64,000 nt of DNA. Origin: Takakia lepidozioides (Eukaryota; Plantae; Bryophyta). A program made the translations under genes and the position numbers. Below are positions 12,700-25,239 of the stretch, piece by piece. The stretch is taken from assembly GCA_030704615.1 (NCBI GenBank), contig JAKLZA010000030.1, positions 9,001 through 73,000 of the forward strand, written 5' to 3'. Below the pieces are notes generated by a model, which was given only the letters and a program-made list of their open reading frames with translations, was not told the origin of the DNA and did no database searches. The stretch's first letter is position 1. Every line of letters begins with the position of its first letter.

Positions 12700-14110
12700 A
12701 TATAAGAAGAAATAACATTAAGAAATTACCCAAAATACACACATCCAACTTTTGAATTGATCAAATATAGCACCTAATTGAACCCGATTCATTAAATCAA
12801 CATGAATTTTGATCTAGAAGGACCCACAAAAAATATAGACATATCAATGGATTTGCAACAAAAACACACTCAATATGCACACAAAAAAATTACCCCAATC
12901 GGACAATATTTGACCTAGATATGACCCCTTAAAGTTCGCTCACCTTACTGAAAAGGGTTTCCAACTCACTATTTGCTCATAACTTTTGTTTTACAAGGAA
13001 TTACAACAAGCGCCGCATACCATTGAATTCCCCACAAAAAAGCGCACAAGCTGCATACCCTGAATGTAAGAAATGACAAGATTAGGCCCCTAAAATGCAC
13101 TTTGAAAGTTGCTGACTTTTTAGACCAGGTTGACGTTTATGCTCATATCTTCCGTTCTAGGACGAATTAGAAGATGGGTAAGATACCAATGGATTCAACA
13201 CAAAAAGAGCCCAAGATGCATACCTTGAACGCACAAATCGACCAAGATTTGGTGTAGATATGCCACTTTGAACGTCGCAGATCCTACAAAAATGGCAGGT
13301 TCACATTTTTAGTCATAAGTTTCGATTTACAACGAACTAGAACGAGCACAATATACCATTAGATGCGTAATGAAAAACACACACAAATACATGCCTCGAA
13401 CTCGCAAATCGACACGATTTCGCTGCGATATGCCACTTTGAAAGTCGCTAATCCTACAAAAGAAGTCCGCCTCACAATGTTGCTTGTAAGTAGAGTTTTA
13501 CAAAGCATTAGGGTGAGCGCCACATACCATTGGATTCCCCTAGAAAAACTACACAAGATAGACACCTAAACTTTCCAAATTGACGAAGATTGCTTAAGAT
13601 ATCTCACTTTGAAAGTTGCTGCCTTAATTGGACCAAATTCAAAAAAGTCAAAGTCAACCCAAAGTCAACTCCTTAATATCTCCCAAGTGGCGAGGGATTA
13701 GGGAAATGTTTTTACATATTCGGAATCCTTATACCTTTAAATGGGGGGGTTAGGTCCATTCAAAACCACCAACAACCTCCAAATTTAGCCGCAATAGGCA
13801 TTTTAGGGTTTTCCCTTCAAACGCCTATATTTGCCAACTTTTTGACCTTTTTGCCAAAAAATTTCCACCATTGTCCTAATAATACCCACTACTACCACCT
13901 AGGTGTTTCAAATTCCAAAAAAGCTATATATAGGCCAAAGGTCAAAAAAAATAATGCCAAAAGTCAAATGTTCATATCTCACGAATGACGATACATTAGG
14001 AAATGTTTTTACATATTCGGAACCACAATATGCACAAATGGGGGGGTAGGTCACCTCAAAACACGAAAAAGAAAAAAAGGTCACTTTTTGCGGGAATGGC
14101 CATGTAATCC
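12700..14110. mobile_element. Probable DNA transposon end (Mutator-like) with ~170-bp subterminal repeats
   Basis: CACTTTGAA(A/C)GT and ATACCATTGGATTC-like motifs recur at ~13097, 13261, 13431, 13604. GGAAATGTTTTTACATATTCGGAA/ATGGGGGGG is duplicated at ~13700 and ~14000. AT-rich; ends ...GGCCATGTAATCC. Confidence 0.5.
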
Positions 14111-15290
14111 TAAACCTAAATCCTAAACTTGTGCTATAGAAGAAGCGGAGACCCTCCCTATGGAACCGTCCATTGCTACACTCGTGAACGCGAGGTGGTC
14201 AAGGAAGTACTCAAGGAGGTGAAGAAGGTGGTGAATTCCATCCAGGTGAAACCTAAGGCTAAGAAGCTTGGGACAAACCTAAGGCGAATCCTGGCGGAAA
14301 GTTGGGAAACGGCTGTTAGAGGGCTGTTTGGGACTTAGATAATTTTACGGGTTTCTGTGGGGTACCCTTAATTTTGCACAGACTGAGACCAACATGAGAT
14401 TTTAGGGGTGGCAGCGCAGGCTTTAAGGGGGTTAGACAGTCAGACACAGCTCGTCACAGCTTCACACAGCCCGACGCAGCTTTACACAGGCCAGTCACAG
14501 CTCAGCACAGCTTAACCAGTCTGTCACGTACATGGGAACAGTTATCATTGACAGGGAACGACTGTGTGGGAACGACATCTACAGAGGGAGCGTGTTACTT
14601 CAGGAGTGAACGATTAGTTAGTTAGGTGATTAGAAACAGCTTGCGGGTAGATTAGCAGGGCGGCAACAGAAGAGGATCATTACTTGGAGGGGAGCACTGC
14701 TGGAGAAGGGGGAGACGTAACGGAGAACAAAAGAGTGAAGAGGAGAATCAGGACTGGAGTGAGGCGGAATTCATGCAAGCTGTAGGATTATATAGAAGGG
14801 GTAGATTAGAGACACCATGACATAGGCATGATACATGATAAGTCTTAATCTGATACTTATTCGATACAATCATACGGGTAGAAAGACTTGAATGAGCTGT
14901 GGAATAAATGGATGATGAATGGAACCTGATAGATACTGAAGCAATCTGATGCTTCAGTCATACACGGTAAGGTAAATTGATAACATGAAGGCAAGAAGGA
15001 ATACAGATAGGAAGCACAACCATGATTCACTAGCTGTAGGTCATGACTGATTGTTCTGGAGCGGGCTGAGTGCTTAGAGATATCCAACTCTTCTATCTTA
15101 GAGCTTCCACCTCGGATAGCGAAGGGATGGGTGAGTAAAAGCCGCTCGACAACGGCAAGCAGCTACCTCTTTCAACAAGAGGGTCAGGCCCGAACCGCAC
15201 AACCGGTTATGATACGGGAGGCCGGAAACCTTCAGCGAGGTCAACGGCAAACAGCCACAACGGCCATGCAATAAATCCTAAACCCTAAAC
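14110..15290 (+). mobile_element. Penelope-like element family B N-terminal fragment bounded by telomere-like repeats, split by a solo LTR
   Basis: VLKEVKKVVNSIQVKPKA matches 22598..22927(-). CCTAAACCTAAATCCTAAAC precedes it and CCTAAACCCTAAAC follows it. Confidence 0.8.
14314..15151 (+). mobile_element. Solo LTR of the Tat-like family with 5-bp TSD ACGGC
   Basis: TG...CA termini; ACGGC at 14309-14313 and 15152-15156. Confidence 0.95.
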
Positions 15291-15792
15291 AGACCATGCA
15301 TTAAACTCCTTCTCGAGTATTGCGTGTTAGATGAGCATCTAAGTCGTTCTCTACTGTGTCTATTCTCTAGCAAAAGAGATAGGGTATTATTCATTCATGT
15401 CATCTCAGTGAAATAGTTTCAATCACATATATTTGCCTTTTTGCATATATTTGCAGTTGCATCTTAGAACATCTCAACAAACACTTCTTTTTTAGCTTTA
15501 TGTCTCTCTGGATCAACGCTATTAGTTTTGATTCCCAGGATCTAGATATCTATTTTTTTTTGGTTCGGATTGTGTTCTTATTGCCCCGGTGCATTCGCGG
15601 TCCGCATCCTGTTGCACTGCTACATTTGTCTCCACTCTTTTATAGACCCTAAACCCTCAACCCTAAACTTTTTCGGAGCATAACCGGGCCCCCCTAAAAA
15701 CTTTTTAGTTTGCACTGTGCTATTATTGCACCCCGGTGCATTCGCGTTCCAATTTGTTGTACTGCTACATTTGTAGTTCCAATCTTTTGTAG

Positions 15793-16940
15793 GCCCAAAA
15801 TGCACAAACCTGTAGTGGTTGGGAGACCAATTTGTTCGTACAATGGGTACGTTTCTGAGCACGCATCCAAGTGGTTACATTACCATTTGTTTCCTATTTT
15901 ACTTCAGGAACGTAATCATTTGATAGATTCAATTTCTTTGTTGAGAGATCTGTCGAGTAGACAACTTCCTCGAGATGTGTTTCTATTCACCTTTGATGTG
16001 GAGTCATTGTACCCTAGCATTCCTACTGGGGACGGGCTTCGACGATTGAAGGACATGATTACCGACAAGCTCAAGTCACCCCGGTTTGAAGGACTCGACG
16101 TGAGTCTTTCTCCATGGTCTTGGAGAACAACTATCTTCAATTTGGCTCGAGCTATTGGCATCAGATCCGAGGCACTGCAATGGGTAGGCATTTTGCTGTT
16201 GTACGCTTGTCTCTTTCTTTGCAGCTTAGAAAGAGAGTTGGCTTGCGCAGCAAGAGGTATATGGCCTTTGTACTACAAGAGATACATCGATGACGGATTT
16301 TGGAATCTGGGAAGGATCTTGGGCAAGTTTGGAGACTTGGCTCGATCGATACAACTATCTCAGTCCCACAATTCGCATTCAAAGGGTGATCTCTGACTCT
16401 ACTGTTGACATTCTTGATATTCAATTCTTCAAGGGAGCTGATTTTGTCAATAGTGGGATTCTATCTTCGAGATGTCATCAGAAGGCACTCAACAGATATC
16501 GGTACTTGCCATGGACGTCCTGTCATCCGCGACACCAAAAACGACCATTCATCCTTGGTGAGCTACGCCGATACACTTTGAGAGAAAGCACATGTGCAGG
16601 TTTTTCAGAGATCAGACGACTATTCTATGAACGACTGCGTGCTCGAGGCTATCCAAAGTCTTTTATCTTAGAGTGTTTTAGACTATGTGACTATGCACAA
16701 CGTGCTACACTGTTAGCTTCAGAATCCACTCGTAAGTTGATGGGTAAGCGGACCCCCTTGGTTCTGAAACTTGAGCATTTTCGATATACTCAGCTCTAAA
16801 AACTTGGGGAGTCCTAAACCCTAAACTGCATGAGCATCTTCTGAAAGTTCCGCAGTTAGCATCTTTTGACAAACCTATGGTTTGTTGGAAAAAAACGAGG
16901 AATATTACGTTCCTATTTAGTTCGTGCTAAGTTACAATAG
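15793..16940 (+). pseudogene. 5'-truncated Penelope-like RT (family A), no C-terminal GIY-YIG endonuclease
   Basis: PKMHKP..GRPI, FDVESLYPSIP, QIRG.AMG, RYIDDGF, YLPWTSCHP, RLRARGYP; stop after ...YLVRAKLQ. Confidence 0.9.
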
Positions 16941-17224
16941 AGTCAATTATATTGAAGGATATATTCTTGGCTTACATGCATAAGTTGGAAAAAGTTTTTT
17001 TTTTTTTTTAGATAAAAGACCTTTTTCTTGGCTAAAGGAGATATTCTTGGCCTTACAGGCATAAGTTGGAAAAAAACTTTTTTTTTTTTAGATTTTTTTT
17101 TTTTTCTCGGCTAAAAAGATACTTTTTGTTGTCTTTTTATCTTATGCTCTTTTTTTAGACAACACTTATTCGACAGTATATAAGCTGGCGGTGAGGCTCA
17201 TTGTACTTCTTTCCATTTCTTTCT

Positions 17225-17265
17225 TCCCACTGAAGAGCTCAAATTTGAGCGAAACTAGTCTGGGG
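17225..17265 (+). ncRNA. Minimal type I hammerhead ribozyme in the PLE 3' region
   Basis: UCCCA-CUGAAGA-GCUCA(AAUU)UGAGC-GAAA-CUAG-UC-UGGGG: catalytic core, stem I, stem II and palindromic minimal stem III. Confidence 0.85.
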
Positions 17266-17540
17266 CTTATAAGATTTGCCAGTATCTCATATAAGTGTGT
17301 TTTGTCTCACTTTCTTTTCTCTTTGTGTTGTTGTACCTTACAGTTGCATTGTTTAGGACTGTCTATCTAGTCATGCCTTTGCTGCTAGGTTTTGTTCTCT
17401 AGTGCGTGTTTTTTCTTCCATAAGAGATAGGTTTTTGTTATCCTGTATTTACGGTGAAACAGTCTCAGTCATACACTTTAGTCATTTGCATGTCTTTGCA
17501 ATTGCACTTTAGAACATACAAATCTCTCATATCCTACCTA

Positions 17541-20500
17541 AGGTAGCGACATTTAAAAGTGTGCGTTGCCTTTATCTGTTCCCCTATTTTTGATGATGAA
17601 TAAAGTCACCCTTTTCATCCTAGTACTGTGCACTTTTGCAATGGAGGTAGTTCAAGGTTCATTATTACTTTGGATTAGGTACACTAGTGGGTGTTTTTGG
17701 AGTACAAGGGATTAATTAATGGTGGATTAGTGAAGCTAATTAAGCAGCCGACTAATGATTCTCATTTCAAATTCCTCATTTGTTTTTGAAAGTGGAGGCG
17801 GGTGTTTTTGGACAACGGCCAGTTAATACAGCAGTCAGGCATGAATGCAAATAGGATGCATGGTTCACTCTATATACTACTATAGTGCACACACTTTATC
17901 ACACTTCAGTTTACTACAATAGCAATTCATGGAGCGATAGACATGGATTTCTGTCCTAGCTAGGCATTCAGATTACTACCAGACACAGAGGAGGAACACA
18001 ATGCTACCCAAGAGCACGATAATGATAGTAGTGATCGTGAGAGTGAGGAATCTGGAGGTACTAGACAGCAGCCAGGGCAAAGAGGCAAGGGATCTGAGGA
18101 CGATGAGTATGAGAATTTTGCATGGGCACAAGACCCAGCCGAGGAGTGGACGGAAGTGCATTATGCAGCTGGGTCAGAGGACCGGTTGTAGTTCCAGATC
18201 AGACACCTGCTAGGGAATCCCCACCACCAATCGATGTAACTCCAGTCTTGAGACGAGCATCCCAGCAAACACCTACAAGGAATTATGGAGGGCCCCAATT
18301 ATATGCAGCCGGGGAAGGGATCAACTCACGTACAGATCGGGTGCTCGGCCCCGCCAAATGGCAATTGGAGTGACCAAGCTCTTGCTGGCGCCTTGGCAGC
18401 AATCGAGGCTGGGTCGTCAATCCGGGGTGCTGCAAGGCAATTCACCATACCTACAGCTACTCTACGGGCCCACATGTATGGAACCATTCGTAGCAGATGT
18501 CGTGGCAAACATGGGGTTATGAGTGATGAAGAAGAACGATTGTTGGTAGCATACATTGAGAGAATGCATGACGTAGGGCATTCATTGACACTAACTCAGA
18601 TCAGATTGAAGATGGGTGAGATCTGTCAGCTAAGGATTACACCGTTCGTCAATGGAATACCTGGTTTGGGATGGCTACGCTGGTTTAGGAAGACACCCTC
18701 ATCTAAGCCTACGAGTTGCTCAAGGTCTGGAGCAGGGAAGGGCCAAGGGCCTCTGCCAAGAGAACGTTGACAGCTTCTATGCTAACCTAGGCGATCTATA
18801 CAACAAAAACAACTACGACCAAGAGCGGATTTGGAACTGTGACGAGTCGGGGGCGCAGGCAGGAAGAAATGGCGGATCTCGCATGGTGCACTCCATTTGT
18901 CCAGATGAGAGGGAGTGGCTCTTCGTATTGACCTGCATTAATGCAGCAGGTAGTTCAATTCCTAATTTTTAAATTTTCAAAGGCAAACGCTTTCGTCGTA
19001 TCTACATTGAGAGATGTGAGACGGGGGCCACAATGGCAATGCAACCAAAAATGGATGACAGGGATCATATTCTCTAAATGGATCCACAGGCATGGGCAAC
19101 GAGATTACAGAGGAGAGGAGACATCTGCTGATCCTTGATGGCCATAACAACCATGTCACAATCAATGTTGTCCACCAAGCTAGGTCAGTTGGACTCGATC
19201 TGATCACGTTGCCATCCCATACATCGCACGCACTGCAACCTCTGGATGTCTCCGTATTCAAGCCCTTCAAGACTGCATTTCAAAACTACAGGGATATATG
19301 GAGTATAGCAAACAAAGGGAAGCCAGCAAAGAAAGAGAATCTGGCGCAATGGGTTTCTTTGGGATTGAAGAAGGCACTGTCAGAAGTCAACATTAAAAAA
19401 TGATTCTCCACCACCGGGATCTGGCCTCTACGGCCTACTGCAATGGCAACAAGATGGGGCCATCATCTACTTTTGCACAAGATCCACCTGCAGAAGATCA
19501 AGATCACACAGCGAAGACAATCAATCACATGAGGACAAGCAACCGGATCCAGCCATTGAAGAGGTGATAGGCAACATGGTTCCCGAAACCCAAGAGGAAT
19601 GTATGCACTACTATGTGCATATGGAGGATGATGACGGGCCCACAGATCAGGCCCCTAATGATGAGAGCAGCCTGGAATCCCAACCACTTGCCCGAGACCA
19701 GGAGCTCTCGATGCTCGCATTCACGGGTCCCACTAGTATAGCCAGGTTTCTCACCCTTGCGGAGGCTCCTGCACCCACTAGAAGACGAACGACTCAAGAT
19801 GGGCAAGTGTTAATCGATTACTCCAAATCCATAATTATGACCAGCGACGACTACGTCAACTCCCTTGAGCAGAAAACACGACTCAAGGCGGAAGCAATTG
19901 CAGCCAAAGAGAAGAAACAAGAGGACCAGCGCATTGCACGGGAAAGAAGGTAGTAGAAAAATTAGCCAAGCAAGAGGCGACTCGGATCAGAAAGGAAGAA
20001 GCGGCAGCAAAGAAAGCATATGACGCACAATGGACAAACAAGGCATTGGGGAGTATGGCGATCGCTTGCAGGCACTGATGAAGTCGGGGGCCCATTAGGC
20101 ACCATGCCCCGTTCTGTGGATTGATTCTGAACATATGCAGGTATAACCAAGCCATGGCAATCCGGCAACGTCGAGCAAAGAAAAATGGTGAAGACACCAG
20201 CCAATTCGTCACCGTGGCTTCTAGTTGGGCACACGGGCATCAGTTACATGGGGTCCCACACTTGACACCACATAGGGGGTGTGATTGACGGAAGACAGTG
20301 AGAGCATGCATAACTGAAGACACCCTAAAGTCCACGAACAAGGAGGAGCAGGTCTGTGGCAGGAGTTGCCTTGGAATGGCGGGGAGAATGGGAAATGAGG
20401 GGGTTTTGGAGTCTTCCAGGTGTGTCTCTGGGATGGTTACTTTAAGGTTCTAAGATGGCCATGTCTGAGGATTTGTAGGTCATCTAAGGCAGATTTAGGG

Positions 20501-20930
20501 GTTCTATTTGATACCTGAATGGTCAGATTTTGCGCAAGTTGTGATTCATGCAAGGTAAGTTATGGGTGCTTCCATAGGTAGATGCACGGATTTCCCTGTT
20601 GGGAGGTGGGTACATCTGGGCCCACACATGGCTTGGTTTTGGTAATTTTGAGAAAGGTGTAGGTGCACACCTTGTGCACTCATGACACCTTTAAGCGCAT
20701 GTCAAGGAACAATGTATGGCATTACAGGAGGGACCTACTGAGCAGAAGTGGGATAATATGTACTTTGACTTTGATAATTCATATATAATACATTAATGAT
20801 TGGAAAAATTATGTGCTTTACACAACAGAGTGCTGCTTCATTTGCTATTCAACTCATGTAATTTTTGTGGACACCGCACCCTTTGAGCATTGCACACTAC
20901 TTAAAAGCACACTTTTAGATGTCGCTACCT
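17541..20930 (+). mobile_element. pogo/Fot1-like (Tc1/mariner superfamily) DNA transposon with TIRs and TA target duplication
   Basis: TIRs AGGTAGCGACATTTAAAAGTGTGC / GCACACTTTTAGATGTCGCTACCT, TA on both sides; empty site at ~25050-25070. Confidence 0.93.
17943..20240 (+). pseudogene. DD35D transposase (HTH_psq, CENP-B HTH, DDE_1), frameshifted; ends approximate
   Basis: WSDQALAGALAAI..SIRGAARQFTIPTATL; GWLRWFRK; IWNCDESG; LLILDGHNNH; LPSHTSHALQPLDVSVFKPFK (35 residues between the last two Asp). Confidence 0.88.
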
Positions 20931-21105
20931 TATGTCTTCATAATCATCTCTTTGAGTTTTTCTATAGACATCTTGAAGTTTTTTCCAGAGCATAACCCCC
21001 CCCCCCTAAAAACTTTTTAGTATGCACTGTGCTACTATTGCACCTGATGCATTCGCGGTTCAAATTTGTTGTACTGCTACATTTATAGTTCCAATCTTTT
21101 ATATA

Positions 21106-21153
21106 CCCTAAACCCTAAATTCTAAAACCCTTAAACCCTTAACCCTAAACCCT
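21106..21153. repeat. Interstitial degenerate plant telomeric repeat (CCCTAAA)n
   Basis: CCCTAAACCCTAAATTCTAAAACCCTTAAACCCTTAACCCTAAACCCT. Confidence 0.9.
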
Positions 21154-23600
21154 CGAGTGTACGAAGAGTAGTCGAGCTTAAGAACAAGGGGGCCCGTTTA
21201 CCCTCAATTGCGCGTTGCGTCTGTTGGTCGAGTAGAGAGGATCTGAGGTCGTAGGAGATCTTTGGTGAAGCAACTCCAGATGAACGCCGCTGGATAACCT
21301 CAGGCTCGAAGACGTTTGTTAAAACAAAAGTCGCAAATGGTTGAACCCTTGGATGGTGCTTTCTCGTACTACATACCGTTGGAGCTCGCCGATGACGAAG
21401 CTTTCTTTTGGTGATGTGGATGCCACGAGGACCAAGGCAAGTATTGATACTTGTTCTGGGCCTTTTGATGACATCTAGTAGAGCGCCGTCGAGTTTGGAT
21501 GAAGTCGTCTCCTTTGAAGAAGATGATATCCAAGATGTCGCGGACGTCGGGCTTATGGCGGTCGTGATTTTGATGCCATCAAACATGGAACTGTAGTTCC
21601 ATAACCAGGCCGGAGGCTCTTTTCGGAGCCTACCCAGATGCCAAAGCCATCGTCGATATAGCGCTTAAGATAAAGCAGCTCTTGCTCCGATGGGCACACG
21701 TACTCCATGTACATCTCCAACCGACAAAGGAACAAACAAGCATAAACAACTGTAAAGTTGCTCCCCATAGCCATCCCGCGAATTTGGTGCCAAAAACTAC
21801 CATTGAACTCAAGGTAATGGTGTTTCAAGACTAATCCAGCGAGGGTCATGATCAGGTCTGTTTTGTGTTTTGGTGAAATTACCTCCAATAGCACATTCGA
21901 GCTCATACAAGCCGAGCTCGGTGATGATGCTGGGATATAGAGATTCCACGTCAAACGCAAAAAGAAGAGCATGCGAGGGGACCTCAACCTCTCGAAGAAG
22001 CGTGAGAGAATCAACCAAATGAGTGGATTCCTTGAGAGGTACCGGAATTGGTGATGGAGCCAAATTGAAGCATGCTCGAAGATGTAGTTGTTGTAGGAAC
22101 AGATGGTCTTCCAACAAGCACGGGTTTGTGCACCTTCGGAATGAAGTACAAAGCACAAGCTCGAAAGTCCATGGACGACCGAGGGCGTTGGCGGATGTAA
22201 TTCCATTCTTTGGAGATCGCAAACCTGTAGATTGGATGGCAAGCTAGCAACTCGGCAGACAAGGTCGTGCATTGCGGACGATTCGATCCAAACGGCTAGA
22301 CAAAGATCATTACCTTCTCGAATGATGGCCTCGAGTGGTTGAGATTCCACTGGTGGATTGAATGATGGATTCGGAACGCGCCAAAGAGGAACCTCATCGT
22401 TGTCTTTGCCGGAGAAGAACGTTCGCAACCTCAAGCTTTGAGCAAAATTGTTGAATTTGATTGAAGGGGAAGGGGAAGAGGACGAGGATGTAATTGAGAC
22501 CAAGGCCCATGAGTTGTCGCTCCGCAAAGGAGAGAACCCTCTTGCTATAGTTGTGGATAGCAGGTTGGTGACCTTGCATTCCACTTGGGAGGGAGTCCTA
22601 GCGTAAGCCTTCGGGTCTACGAGCAGGTACCAGAAGAGACTCCTCGTGCGCCCCCGCGTCTGTGAGGAGGTATGTATGGCCGTTTTGATCGTCGTCGTCG
22701 TCGTTCGTCGTCGTCCGTCCCTTCCGGCTCCCTCCCATACCAGAACGGTTCGGGCCTGACCTCGAAAGAGGTAGGTGCAGAACGGGTGATACCTGCTGCT
22801 TGCCCTTTCCGCCAGGATTCGCCTTAGACTTACTAGCCGGTTTGGTCCCAGGCTTCTGGGCCTTAGGTTTCACCTGGATAGAATTCACCACCTTCTTCAC
22901 CTCCTTGAGTACCCACTCGCATTTCACGAGTTAGCAATGGTTCCACAAGGGGTCTCCGCTTCTTCCATAGCACCTTCCGAGCAACGTTGTGAGCGGCGAT
23001 AGCCGCGGCCTTGCTAACGTCGGAAAGTTGTTTGTGAATGAAATGCATCTACATGAGTAACAGAGAGATTGCTAAGATGAAGATGCCATGACTCAATGGA
23101 AGACTTAGAATTGTCACCTATTAAATTTAAGGATCGTAAAGGCAAAATCAAATCCGAGAGGCGAGTCTCAAAGACTGGTTTCAATTGCTCGAGCTTGTTG
23201 GGCAAACTAGCAAGTCGAGATTCTTGGGCTTTGATAAGTGCTTGAAAGCACTTGATCCAATATGCGGTTGTGCATTCGGCCAGGCTCGCATCAAGGACGG
23301 ATTGGGCCTCAGGATCTCCTATTTGAAGTTTAGGAGGACTCATTCTAAGGGAGTTGGGTGTGGTGTCTTCTTCGAATTGCACTCGCAATTTTTGAAGGTA
23401 CTTGGAAGTCTTTTCATGCTCATGCCTAAGACTTTTGAATTCCTTGACCGATGTATGCACAAATGCAAGCAAAGGGGGAGGAATGGAGATATCCATGTTA
23501 GAAGAAGAAGACGCGGATGCATGAGAATGGCCGACGCCTAAGCTAGGACATGGACGTTTGTTACCTGCTAGTTTCGCCATCGGAAAAAGAGTTTAGGGTT
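21154..23600 (-). mobile_element. Penelope-like element family B (N-terminal coiled-coil region plus RT), 3'-truncated
   Basis: GLGLNYI, FAQSLRLRTFF, YFIPKVHKP, FDVESLYPSI, QIRGMAMGSNF, RYIDDGFGIW; CTAAACCCTAAAC just upstream of the ATG at 23580. Confidence 0.88.
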
Positions 23601-24719
23601 TAGCGTGGTCAACAAAGGTAACAAAAAATAGAAAAATACTGGAAAAAGACACAGTAATTGTTAAGGGGGGCCGGTTCAGACCCAAATACAAATGCAATGG
23701 AAACCAAGACAAATTCATACAAAGTACGCCTATCGTGCCTAAAGGGATGCTATAAGACTATTATGTCTTATGCAAGGACTCCCGCCCTCACGAGATAAGG
23801 TTCTCTATTGAAGAATGAGGCACTTTTGCTCCAACCGCAAGTTTTTTTAAGTTTGCATCTCCTTGTTTAGCGACAAAATCTTCCTCACTATGGGCAAGCA
23901 TGCGCTCAAGGCAATCACAAACATAAGGTCAAGTCTCAATCCCTAGTTGGAAAACTTATATGCCCCACCTTCAAAAAGAGGTTCGTACCTCTAAGGAAGA
24001 ATGGGAAGGATTACCGCATAAGGTCATCGACAAGAAGGTTAGGTCGGCAGAGGCTTGCGCATGCCCATAGTCCTCTGATCGCTCGAGATGAACTCGAGGG
24101 AGGATCAACCAAGTCCCTTCTCTCCGACCATCGGGCGTACGATAGGGGGAACCATGTAGTCGGGGCTAAATTAGCTTGCCCGACACGATTACCATATACC
24201 TCCAGCCGCCTTCCCCATTGTAAGCGGTGGCTAAGATGGCGTCAAATGGAAGGCTCTATACGCCCATGCTTCAGAGAGAAAAAGGCCTCGGAAGTATCCA
24301 AGGGTTGGGATTCCCCTTGGAGCCGAGCACCCCTTCGATCCAAGTTGCCCGGGCGGGCAAGGACTAGACTCTCAACTCTCGACTTCTCTAAGTGTGGAGA
24401 CACAAAAAGAGTAAAGGTGTTTTATTCCAAACAAGTTTCGCTTGATTGCTCAACCTCATCAGTGAAACACCAAGAGATGAAGTCCTAAGAGCCAAGCCTA
24501 TCTTTATATACTAGAAAAGCACCCTCACTATGTGCAAACGATATGGGATAATTCCCAAGGCAATAATAATGCCACTAAGCACTAATTTAGCCTCCAAGTC
24601 AGACTGCATTAATTAGTCAATGGTCCAAATTAATTGTTGGAACCCTTTGACTTTAACGTCAATACTAGGGCTATCAAAGAGGAAAAATTAATAATGCTAG
24701 GGACATTTGCACTACAAAA

Positions 24720-24906
24720 TCATCCTATCATTCTAGATTTAACTAGAAATGAACTCAACTTTCGCGGATTCCTCCAACAAATCATTGCTCGAGGAAGAAA
24801 CCAAAGCTCTGGGACTTGCTGAAGCAACTTGTAGAGTCTAGGGTTTAGGATGGCCCCCCAAGTTCAAGGCTCGAATGTACGAAGAGTAGTTGAGCTTAAG
24901 AACAAT
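24720..24906 (-). mobile_element. Isolated C-terminal fragment of the family B PLE RT
   Basis: Minus strand encodes ...LNLG..LNPRL..PRAMICWRNPRKLSSFLVKSRMIG*, and shares ~35 nt with the end of the 21154 copy. Confidence 0.75.
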
Positions 24907-25239
24907 AGTACCCTATCTCTTTTGCTAGAGAATAGACACAGTAGAGAACGACTTAGATGCTCATCTAACACGCAACACTCGTTAGTCATACACTTTAGTC
25001 ATTTGCATGTCTTTGCAATTGCACTTTAGAACATATCAACATCACTCATATCCTACCTATGTGTCTTCAGAATCATCTCTTTGAGTTTTTCTATAGATAT
25101 CTTGAAGTTTTTTCGAAGCATAACCGGCCCCCAAAAAACTTTTTAGTCTGCACTGTGCTATTACTGCACCCGGTGCATTTGCGGTTCCAATTTGTTATAC
25201 TACTACATTTATAGTTCCAATCTTTTGTAGACCCTAAAC

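Noticed and set aside
21106-21153. True chromosome end
   Set aside because: Only about 7 degenerate units, with long complex sequence on both sides.
23660-24716. Solo LTR of another family
   Set aside because: LTR-like composition and one TG/CA end, but no matching second terminus or TSD found.
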